From Octopus bimaculoides (lineage: Eukaryota), in the NCBI RefSeq assembly GCF_001194135.2, contig NC_068985.1:115310408-115374407 (forward strand): a DNA stretch of 64,000 bases. The letters run 5' to 3'. Shown piece after piece: positions 52,716 to 64,000 of this stretch. How positions within the stretch are numbered: the first letter of the stretch is position 1; the number at the start of each line of letters is the position of its first letter. The notes below the pieces were generated by a model. It saw only the letters and a list, made by a program, of their open reading frames with translations. It made no database searches and was not told where the DNA came from. Both the position numbers and the translations under genes were made by a program.

Positions 52716-53589
52716 TAATTAACTTGTGCACTAAAGCAAACCTTCACACATTCGGCAACCGAGTTTTTCTGGGAGCCCGATGGTTAGCTTAGCGCATAAT
52801 AGTTTACCCAACAGCTCGCCGTTTCATCTTATCTTTAAAACAGCTGCAAGTTGGTCGATGAAGGTAAAAGAAACATTAAATGAAAAGCAAATGAAATTTT
52901 AATGAAGAACATGCAAAACACAGGGTTGAGATAGATAAATTTTATTGACTTACGTAAGAAAGCAATTTTTCAGTCTTTATGTCATACAGTATCGAAGAGC
53001 TAATGTTGTATAATTAACACATACTTCTCACAAACATACTGCCATTGACTCATCAGAAGTCGAACTTTATCTGTTAGAGACAATGTCCGGTGTGTATACT
53101 TTACGAGGAAGCACTTTCTTTATGCATTCAAACCGTAACTGGTGCTAAATGAGCTTATACTTTAAGTTGCTTGAGATTTTGGTATGAGGCTAGCAATTTT
53201 ATTGGAAATGGTTGGAGGTTAGTCAATCATTTTGACCTAAGTGAAAACTGGTATTTATTTTATCGACATTAAAGAGGGCCTCGGCGGAATTTGAACAAGA
53301 AACATGAAGAACAAGAAGAAAGGCTGCCAATCATTTTGATCAACGCGGCAACGGTATGCCATGTTGCCGCCTTAAAGCATGACATGTTATTGATTATTAT
53401 AATTATTTCTCAAGGCGGTCAGCTGTCAGAGTATATTTCCGCTGGATCTGCTTAAGGAATTCTGCAGTGTTTGTTGAGATAATAATAATAATGAATGAAT
53501 GAAGTGGTATATGGATTTGGCATTAGTCTGTATCCAGCACGACGATCGTTTCGACCTCTCCTGCGACTGTCCTCCATGAAGGACAGTCG

Positions 53590-54233
53590 CAGGAACGGGG
53601 TGGTGCACGTGTCTTTGAGTTTGTGTTTATCCTCCCCTCCACTTGACAACCGGTGTTAGTTTATAAAAAACTAACATTCTGGGGTAGATATGTTCGCGTT
53701 AAATGTTTACGGTGGTGCCCCAGCATGGCCGTAATCTAATGGCTGAAGAAGATAAGCTGATCTTAAATTTTGTCAAGCGTAAATAATACACAAATATTAA
53801 GTCAAGTAATGGTGGTAATATATTCGTTTATCTTTTTATTCGTTTCAGTCATTTGACTGCAACCATGCTGGAGCACCGTCTTGAGAAAATTTTAGTCGAA
53901 CAAATCGACACCAGGACTTACTTCTTAAGATGGTCATGCTAGAAATACGGGTATGCATATTAGACACTTTGGTTCTGGATCACTGGACGTAAGAAATAGA
54001 TGGAATAGTCAGAACTGGAATGCCTTTGATCACAAATACACTGACTCATAAACGCCTGTGTAGCTGTGTGGTAAGAAATTTGTTTCCAAACCACATGGTT
54101 CCGATTTCAGTTCAACTGCGCGGCACCTTGGGCAAGTGTCTTCTGTAGTCTTGGATCGACCAAAACCTTGTGAGTAGATGTGATAGACGGAAGCTAATAG
54201 AAGCCCGTCTTATATAAGCACACATATATACGT

Positions 54234-54279
<46 letters not shown>

Positions 54280-54377
54280 CTGTTTGTCCCCCACCACCGC
54301 TTGGCAATTGCTGCTGGTGTATTACGTCCCCATAGTTTAACGGTTCGGCAAAAATCTGAGAGAACAAGTACCGAACT

Positions 54378-54408
<31 letters not shown>

Positions 54409-54500
54409 GCATAGTAATAGATACAATTCGTTCTTTTAAAATTCTTCGAGGTGGTGCTCCAGTATGACCACAATCTAATAACTCCAACAAGTAAGAAATA
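53590..54500. mobile_element. SINE family B cluster: 53590-53745 (+), 53822-53925 (-), 54053-54500 (+, full length)
   Basis: Family B motifs in each copy; moderately diverged. Confidence 0.85.
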
Positions 54501-54699
54501 AAAATCAACGCTGATCTGAAGCTAAACAAACAACAACAGCAACAACAACAATAATGGCAACAGCAGCAAGCACAACCGTTAACTCTAGAGCCATCACCTT
54601 TGGATGCCATAAACGCAAAAGACATCTCCCACCGCCATCATATCAAAGTCTACGACACTCGATATTTTCATTGCGATACCTACATGGCTACTACTACTT

Positions 54700-54739
<40 letters not shown>

Positions 54740-54779
54740 AACAACAACAACTACTAGTACCAAAGACCACCGTAACAGG

Positions 54780-55009
54780 GACACCACAACCATTATCATC
54801 AGAAGCACCGTCATTATAATCACCACTATCACCACCACCACTACTACCACCACTTGCATTTCCACCACCACCACCATCACCACCACGAACACCACCCCCA
54901 CTACCGCCACCACCACTACTACCACCACTTGCATTTCCACCACCACTACCATCACCACCACGAACACCACCCCCACTACCGCCACCACCACTACTACCAC
55001 CACTTGCAT
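54780..55009. repeat. 75-bp ACC-based minisatellite running into a gap
   Basis: The TTGCAT anchor occurs at 54854, 54929 and 55004 (period 75). Confidence 0.9.
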
Positions 55010-55607
55010 NNNNNNNNNNNNNNNNNNNNNNNNNNNNNNNNNNNNNNNNNNNNNNNNNNNNNNNNNNNNNNNNNNNNNNNNNNNNNNNNNNNNNNNNNNN
55101 NNNNNNNNNNNNNNNNNNNNNNNNNNNNNNNNNNNNNNNNNNNNNNNNNNNNNNNNNNNNNNNNNNNNNNNNNNNNNNNNNNNNNNNNNNNNNNNNNNNN
55201 NNNNNNNNNNNNNNNNNNNNNNNNNNNNNNNNNNNNNNNNNNNNNNNNNNNNNNNNNNNNNNNNNNNNNNNNNNNNNNNNNNNNNNNNNNNNNNNNNNNN
55301 NNNNNNNNNNNNNNNNNNNNNNNNNNNNNNNNNNNNNNNNNNNNNNNNNNNNNNNNNNNNNNNNNNNNNNNNNNNNNNNNNNNNNNNNNNNNNNNNNNNN
55401 NNNNNNNNNNNNNNNNNNNNNNNNNNNNNNNNNNNNNNNNNNNNNNNNNNNNNNNNNNNNNNNNNNNNNNNNNNNNNNNNNNNNNNNNNNNNNNNNNNNN
55501 NNNNNNNNNNNNNNNNNNNNNNNNNNNNNNNNNNNNNNNNNNNNNNNNNNNNNNNNNNNNNNNNNNNNNNNNNNNNNNNNNNNNNNNNNNNNNNNNNNNN
55601 NNNNNNG

Positions 55608-55770
55608 GTGATGGTAGTGGGGGTGGTGGCGGCGGTGGTGATAGTGAGTGTAGTGGTACTGGTAGTCATAATAGTAGTAGTGGTGGTGAGTATGGTACAG
55701 ATCGTAGTGTTTGTGGTGCTGGTGGTGGTGACATTGTAAGTAGTAGTATGGGTGTTTATTATGTTAGTGA

Positions 55771-55812
<42 letters not shown>

Positions 55813-56965
55813 CAATAGTAGTAGTAGTAGTGGTGGTAGTGATGGTATAGGCTGTAGTTATGGTGGTAGTGGGTATATAGTGCTAGGTGCAGTAACGGGG
55901 TAAATGTGATGACGGGTGTAGTGATGATGATCGTGGATAGAGTGGAAGAAGGGGTGGGTGAAGTGGTGTTGGTGGTGAATGCAACGGTGGTGGTATCGGC
56001 TGTAGTTGTTGAGGTCGGTGTTGTTGCGGCGGTGGTAGTGCTAAAGGAACCGTCTGAGTGGTGGTGCGGGCATTAAGATGAGGGAACCTTAATGATGGTG
56101 GTAGTGGTGGTGATAATAATACTTGTTACAGTGGTGGTGATGGTAGTGGTATTAGGGCATGGCGAGGTGTTCTGGTGGTAGCGTGGTGAGTGGTTTCAGT
56201 GGTGGCGGCGTTAGAACCAGCATGAGTGGTATAAGTGATAGTTGGAGTGTTGGTCATATTATTGGTATTGGTGGTGGTGGTGGTGGTGAGAGGGTGTTAA
56301 TTGCAGTGATGGTAGCAGCTGTTGTGGCTGTGGTGGTAGTACCAGATTTGTTGGTAATAGTATTGATGTAGTGTTGGTGGTGGTGATGGTTGTGTTAGTA
56401 GTAGTGGTGGCAGTAGAGGCACTGATAGTGGTGCTGATAATGGTAGGGCTGGTAGTGATTGTGGTAGAGACAGTGATGATGATGATGGTGATGGTGGTGG
56501 TATTGGTCGTCGTCGTGTTGTTGGTGGAAGTGGTGGTTTGGTGGTGGTAATGGTAATGGTGGTAGTAGTGGTGGTGGTGGTGGGAGCAATGGTGATTGTA
56601 GTGTTTTGTTGTAGCAGTGGCGATGTTGGTAATGGTGTTGGTAGTGGTGGTGTTAGTAGTGATGGTCGGGGTAGCGGCCGTAATAATCATGGAGGCGGTA
56701 GTGTTGTTTGAGGTGGTCATGGTACTTCTGGAAACCTTGCTTGTGTAATTGATAAGTCTTTTTTTTTTGTGTTATAACCCAAGTGACGGGGGCAGCATCA
56801 AAGATAGCGTTGATGGTAGTCGAATTGTGGACGGTACTACCACTTCTACCACCACCAGCAGTGGTACTACCACTTCTACCACCACCACCAGTGGTACTAC
56901 CAATTCTACCACCACAACCAGTGGTACTACCACTTCTACCACCACCACCACCACTACCACTGCTT

Positions 56966-57016
<51 letters not shown>

Positions 57017-57129
57017 CTCCTTCTGCTACTGTTACTACTAGTACAACCACCACCACCATTAGTACTACCACTTCAACTATCACCACTACTGCCTCAACTA
57101 CTATTACTACTATTACTGCTGTTGCTGTG

Positions 57130-57179
<50 letters not shown>

Positions 57180-57315
57180 GCTACTACTACTACTACTACT
57201 ACTGCTACCACTACTACTACTACTACTACTGCTACTACTACTACTACTACTACGACGACTACTACTACTACTACTACTACTACCACTACTACTACTACTA
57301 CTACTGCTATTACTG

Positions 57316-57382
<67 letters not shown>

Positions 57383-57395
57383 GACTACTACTACA
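55608..57395. repeat. GGT/AGT-rich then ACC/ACT-rich simple-repeat array, including a 30-bp x 4 minisatellite
   Basis: The GGTACTAC anchor occurs at 56833, 56863, 56893 and 56923. Confidence 0.92.
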
Positions 57396-58344
57396 TTATC
57401 AATCCATTTACTAGAATCTATGCAATCGCCAACCAAATCTTAAATGTAATAACCACCATCAAAAACAGCTCCTGCAACAATGAAAATAGTCCAAATAATG
57501 ATGGTGACTCCAGGTGCACAAACAACCTGTTAGAAATCGCAGCCAAATGTTTCTGAAATCCTTCCCCTAAAGTCTTCCATAAAAAGGAAGGACATTCGGC
57601 AGAATGTAGTTTGTGATAAAGTTTATCTGTCACGATAGGGTGGTCACTGCCGGAATGCCTCTCATTGCAGTACTGTTAGATCAGAGCTGATGTTGTGCAA
57701 TATAACAACATAAACAATAACAAAAAGAATATCACCAACACTATCGTTAGGAACAACAATAGCAATAACTAATGACTTGTTGGTACGCGGTATTTCGTTA
57801 TGCAACCATAATATGCTATGAAGTATATCAAACGCTTTTATAAGTCAATACTGTGTTCTGCTGCGTTAGCAGTATGCTTTTACATTATTTGTTAAGTTTA
57901 GTTCTACAGATATGCTATAGAAATTGTTGCCAGCACTGATTTCTGTTACGATGTTTCGTATCTGAGACGCCAAATGTAAACAAGCAATGAGATCGAAGAT
58001 GAAAAAATGGTAATGAACGTATAGGCCATATTTCGGTGAGTTTTGCCCTCCATCAGTACCCATTTAATCTTACAAGTATCCTCGAACACATTGCTTAAAT
58101 TGTCTCTATATAGAGCAGTGTAACGTTATTGGAGGTACCAATTTTAGATATTAAATGCATTCCTGGAATCTGGTATATGAATACTAATAACTTGTTGGTA
58201 CGCGGCATTTCGTTATGATGGTGATATTTTCTATAGAATATCTGTGGAGATAACCTTAACAGATAATAACAGTAGCATTAGAATGATTACGACTATTAAA
58301 GTCATCTACACGATGACGACCAACAAGAACACTTTTTACTATCA

Positions 58345-58622
58345 GTCCAAAATTTTTGGGAAAGGGGACCAGTTGATTACATCGACCCCAATGCTCAACT
58401 GGTACTTATTTTATCAATCACGAGAGAATGAAACGAAAAATTCGACCTCGGCATAATTTCAGCTCAGAACGTAAAGACGGACGAAATTCCGCTAAGCATT
58501 TTGCCCAGCTTGCTAATGATTCTGCCAGTAGATGTCACTTGCCCAAGGTGACACGCAGTGGGACTGAACCCGGAACCATGTGGTTCGTAAGCAAGCTACT
58601 TACCACACAGCCACTCCTAGGC
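58345..58622 (-). mobile_element. SINE family B head abutting a SINE family C body
   Basis: The family C segment at 58345-58530 is joined directly to the family B head at 58530-58622. Confidence 0.8.
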
Positions 58623-59853
58623 AATAACAAATATATTACAACTATTATAACTTCTACCATCATCACCACTACCACCAACACATTAACAACAACAACAACA
58701 ACAACAACGACATTACAATCACCACCACTACCACCACCACCGACAATAACAACATGAAGAATGAAAACAACAAGAACAGCGATTAAAACTTCTATGATCG
58801 ACAACAGCAATATTAACAGGAACAACATGATCTGTCTTCTTGTATTACACAAGCCTAAAATTAATTCAATGTCGACGACGACGACGAGGATGACGACCGC
58901 CACCTCCATTACGACCATCACTACTACCTCCGTTACCACGACCGCCACCACCATGACCACCACCAGCACCACTACGTCCACCATCATCACTACCTCCACC
59001 ACTAGTACCTCAATATCACTACCGCCATCATTTCCATAGCCGTCACCATCAGCTAGCAGGAAATACCCCACCCCCTACACACATGCACCTTACTGCTACA
59101 ACGATGAACAATAATAACAGAACAGCTCTCACCACCACCACCACCACACCATCACCACACCACCACCACGCCACCACCACACCACCACCACTACCATCAT
59201 CAAACATCGTCACAACCACTTCAGCTACCACCCTTACCATCGAAACCAAATACCGCCATTTTTATTCCACCATCTNNNNNNNNNNNNNNNNNNNNNNNNN
59301 NNNNNNNNNNNNNNNNNNNNNNNNNNNNNNNNNNNNNNNNNNNNNNNNNNNNNNNNNNNNNNNNNNNNNNNNNNNNNNNNNNNNNNNNNNNNNNNNNNNN
59401 NNNNNNNNNNNNNNNNNNNNNNNNNNNNNNNNNNNNNNNNNNNNNNNNNNNNNNNNNNNNNNNNNNNNNNNNNNNNNNNNNNNNNNNNNNNNNNNNCCAT
59501 AGCGGATTATAACCTCCGTCATTACAACCACCACCGCCACCACCACCACCACCACCACCACCACCACCATTACAACCACCATCACCACCAAACCTACAAA
59601 CACACCAAAGAAATTCCCTTTCCCCTTTGTTGTACAAGAAGCAACAGATCCCTATGACTCATAGGCACATTCCATGGTTTTGGAGCTAAGGCAACTATAG
59701 GGGCCGATTCTTTTGATTAAGGGAACACTGCGTATATAATGGCTTGTAAATATGCGTATGTATGCGTGCATGTATGAATGCATGCATGTATATATGTACG
59801 CATGTATGTACTCATGCATGGCTGTGCGAATGTATGCGGGGATATTGTATTCA

Positions 59854-59888
<35 letters not shown>

Positions 59889-60151
59889 TGGGGTGAATAG
59901 TACAAGAGGAAGGCATGTTAGCACAAACAGCTGCGCATATATGTACATAAATATGTGTGTATGAATATGTATGTAAGAAAATATACATGTGTGTGTGTGT
60001 GCGCGCGCACACACATAGAAACACAAAAATATACACACACAAACACACACATACACATACATGCATATATATAAACGTATGTGTGCGCGCGTGTTTGTAT
60101 ATATATATATATGTGTGTGTGTGAGAGTGTGTATATACATATATATCTACA

Positions 60152-60190
<39 letters not shown>

Positions 60191-60378
60191 TGAGGCATAT
60201 AGAGTATATATATAAAAGTACATATATGTATATACAAGCATACATATATATATATTTGTATATATGATATATATACTGATGCCCAAACATAGAAAGATAT
60301 ATATATAGATATACATACATATATGTGTATATCCATACATACACACACGTATACATATACATGGACATACACACATAC

Positions 60379-60450
<72 letters not shown>

Positions 60451-60769
60451 ATAAATATACCCATATGTCTTTGACTATCTGATATATATGCATAAACATG
60501 CTTGCATGGCATATCCTCTTTTGTGCTCCCCTAATTACGCTATTCGTACGGCTACATGAATATGCATCTTATTTTTTTATGGGAGCTCACAGCCACATGT
60601 TTGTCTAAGTGTACTTGTACGCGTATATCTAATGGGGTGAATACATTGGAATATGGAGCTATATGCAAAAATAAATGATGCTTGCCTCCACTTGACTATG
60701 TAGTTTTCAGACAGCAGTCGTTCTTGTATTTGTTATCTTCTACCTTTAATTATTTTTTATTAGTCGTAA

Positions 60770-60985
60770 AGCCGCGACCATGCTGGAGCATCACCTTGAA
60801 GAGTTTTAGTCGATCAAATTGACCTCACTCACGATGTGGATTTTTGTTTTTTTCAAAGTTTGGTACTTCGTCTATCCGCCTCTTTTGCTGAAATGCTATC
60901 TTCACGAGGACGTAAACGAACTAGCACAACATGACATTAAGCGGTTGTAATGATGGGTTAACAAGCGCAGACACAAACATACAGA
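60770..60985 (-). mobile_element. SINE family B, old 3' half
   Basis: gccgcgaccatgctggagcatcacc..ctcttttgctgaaatgcta..ggacgtaaac. Confidence 0.75.
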
Positions 60986-61358
60986 AACATATAGAATAAT
61001 ACATATGTATTTATGTGAATATATGTGTGTATGTGTGTGTGTATTTATATACATATATATTCATATATAATACACAAATACACACACATACAAACACATG
61101 GAGGTAATTTTATATATGTATATACAATTCAAATAAGTTATTATATATAAAAATAATGATAAAGTGGCCCGCAAATATTATGTAAATAAGCAAAATATAT
61201 GATAAATATGTTTACTATATTTTCCGTGCATGTTTACATTTGTGAGAGACGAGTGGTTGTGAGGACTTTAACTCCTCTTTCAAGCAAACAGGTAACCTGA
61301 CTTATCGTACCCTGTCTTATTGTTATATATATATATATATACATATATAAGAATAATA

Positions 61359-61443
61359 TAACACTAGGATACAAGATATCAGGTTTTAACAGAAGATCAT
61401 AGTGATCTACTATTAAAGCCTGATATCCTCTATCCTTGTGTTA
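61359..61443. other. Long imperfect palindrome (pre-miRNA-like or foldback hairpin)
   Basis: 41-bp stem with 35 Watson-Crick pairs, 1 G-U and 5 mismatches, closing a 3-nt loop. Confidence 0.85.
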
Positions 61444-61676
61444 CATTATCCTTATATTAATCTCATGCACAGAGAAGTTTCACATGCGTATCCAGCCCTG
61501 GAATATACCTTACTGAAGGATAACATGCGTTAGCAAACTAAGGACGTAACAGCTCTTAAATGCACATTACGAGGGTTTTACCCGAATTTATTATAAATAT
61601 ATAGATATATATAATAAATATAGATATATATAGTAAATTCGAGTAAGTGCTGTTAAGTATGAAATATATAACTAGG

Positions 61677-61743
<67 letters not shown>

Positions 61744-62629
61744 ACATTCATACATACCAACACACAACGAGCATGCACAGTTTTTGTCTACTAAATCCAC
61801 TCACAAGACTGGTCCACGAGGGTGCTGCACAGTTGGTGAGAACTGAAAACCACTTTGTTCAAAAGTGACTGTCATGATTACACATTCATGCCTTTCCCTT
61901 AAAAGTATAATGTCCAAGTGTGGTACTCGAACCCAATGCCCGAAGATTAAGTATTGCCTGCCTTACCGGTTGAGCATGCAGGTCTATTTACTACAATGCA
62001 TAGAATCTTCTAAGATCTACAGTAAGTCTTAAAATGATCTTTTCCCATACAGGACTAATACAGCAGAAACCCGTTATCAGTTGTCACTTTGTTGCTAAAT
62101 TTCTGATTAATTTCCCCTCTGCATTGGATGTTAAATTAATTTAAATCAATAAAAATTTAAGGAATTTTTTTTTCCATTAGTGAAATATATTCGTTTCCCC
62201 TTTTCTTTAGCAGAATTAGCCAATGAGTTAATTATTCTCATCTATGAAGGATTAATTATAATTTTAATTGGCTAGTTCCAGTCATAAGAATAGCAAGACA
62301 TCTCCACGGTGCCTTGGGCAAGTGTCATGTAGTGGAAGAAAAGTGTTCAACATTATCTTAGTTCGCAGAAACTGTACAGAACTCCAGCGTCTGTTCGAAA
62401 TATTTATTTGCACACACTCATAAACACAAGCATACACAAATACACCAACATAAACATAAGAATACAAGAATACACACACATAAACACACGCATAAATATA
62501 TATACGTGTGTGTAAGTATGATCATGTATGTATGTGCATTCGGTGTTCGTCTTTTTGCAAATGTGTGTATGAAGCTGCGTTATTTTACATGAAAATGCAT
62601 CTAGCAATTCGAGAAACAAGGACAGACCT

Positions 62630-64000
62630 AACAAAAATGGTTTTGCAGACGTTCGTCATTAGAAATCAAACATGCTGTTAATGAACTGAACATCGGCAAG
62701 TCTCCTGGCTTCGAAGGTGTGCTTGTGGAGATCTTTAAGCGTAGAAGTCGGAACAAAATACACCAACTTACCAAGCTAGTGGAGGATATTTGGGCTGATG
62801 AGAAGCCCCCACCCCACCAGAAGACTGGAAAGGTACTTTCATGGTTATACTGTATCAAGGAAAGTGTGGTATGGTGAATGTGGTAAATACCGAAGGATAT
62901 CGTGGCTTTCTACTGCTGGTATGGTCTTGTGTAGGATTATGTTCCATAGACTGCTTTTGTACATTATAAATTAGGTTATTTCAAAAACTCAGTGTGGATT
63001 TAGAAGAGGAAAAGGTACGGTTGGTATGATACATTCGGTTAAGTAACTTCATGCGAAAGTGTACTGAACAAAGAATGGATCTGTTTCAAGTTCTTGTGGC
63101 CATACATAGGCATTTGATACAGTAAGCAGAGAAGCTCTTTGGAGGATACTGAGGAAATCCGGTTTCAATATGTATATGTGACTACTCTTCGCCTATTCCA
63201 TAACAACCTGAAGACCTGGGTTAATGATGGTAGGATTATATTTGATCGTATTGCTGTAACTTACAGTGACAAACGAGGCAATGCACCATCGACAAATAGT
63301 GTTTGTAATGGGTTTTAGTGAGTATCCATATGGAATATGTCAGCTTTCGTAGGGAAAACTTTTCAAGATAAGACGCCTCTGGACAGATTCAAAAGTTATG
63401 TCCTCATTGTTAAAATAATTTCTCAATGCAGTTGACTGCAGTCTCTTTGCTCACACTGAAGAACTGAAGAAAAGATGCTACATATGGAGTCCTCTTCTAA
63501 CTCTTGTTTTGCTCTAGGCCTCACGATGAGTCTCAAAAAGACTGTACTCTTACACCAGCCTGCGTCAGGAGGGTTGTATTGGGAACCAGATATCAGTGTG
63601 TATGCTCAGAAGCTTCAGGTTGCGGACAGGTTTATGTATCTTGGTAGAATTCTTAGTATATTTATGCACCTTTGAGAATGAAATGACGCTAAGAATCCGC
63701 AAAGCCGTTGGCGCTTTCCGAATGTTGGTAAAGTATCAGTGGGCTAAAATTGGCACTCTACTGATACTAAAGCAAAGATTTATATTACATGTGTTTTATC
63801 TTGCCTGTTGCACGCTTGTGAAACTTGGGTAACGTACCGAAAGCATCTGAAACAGCTGAGGTGCTCCCACCAGGATTGCCTACGTCGTACCGTGGGCCTG
63901 CATTGGAAAATATAGGCAAGTGATGTTGAGGTTGTCGAAAGGGGTTACAGTCATAGAACTTGCTGTATCGACCGCGATTATTTGGTCATTTTGTGAGAAG
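62630..64000 (+). mobile_element. RTE-clade (BovB-like) LINE reverse-transcriptase relic, heavily degraded and running off the window end
   Basis: SSLEIKHAVNELNIGKSPGFEGVLVEIFK..IWADEK..EDWK..ECGKYRRISWLSTAGMVLCRIMFHRL..KTQCGFRRGKGT..AFDTVSREALWRILRK..LFAHTEEL..FMYLGRIL..EMTLRIRKAVGAFRML..LHACETW, with many stops and shifts. Confidence 0.88.

Noticed and set aside
54600-57556. Thr-rich mucin-like ORFs
   Set aside because: Built from ACC/ACT repeats that switch strand within the ORFs; no signal peptide or convincing splice context.

Overview
AT-rich, repeat-saturated animal genomic DNA from a draft short-read assembly, with about 9 kb of N in roughly 24 gaps, most of them next to (TA)n or (TG)n. 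The interspersed repeats match my recollection of octopod (Octopus) tRNA-derived SINEs; this is unverified by search. I find no confidently identifiable host protein-coding gene, so the window reads as a large intron or intergenic region. Nearly all long ORFs in the track are N-run or microsatellite artefacts. Supported content: at least five SINE families (several copies with clear TSDs); decayed non-LTR retrotransposons from four clades (R4/Dong, Tx1/L1-like, CRE, RTE); two DD37D (maT-like) transposase relics; two pogo/Tigger-like MITEs; Helitron/Helentron-like debris; and many micro- and minisatellites. The most interesting unexplained structures are: (1) an inverted duplication of a SINE plus its unique 3' flank (49952-50254 vs 52033-52288), resembling a local 3' transduction; (2) a 41-bp-stem pre-miRNA-like hairpin (61359-61443); (3) a 4 x 69-bp STPR-like coding repeat relic (18320-18600); (4) a TATA/Inr plus signal-peptide-like first exon candidate on the minus strand (8670-8992); and (5) a few weakly supported micro-exon candidates.
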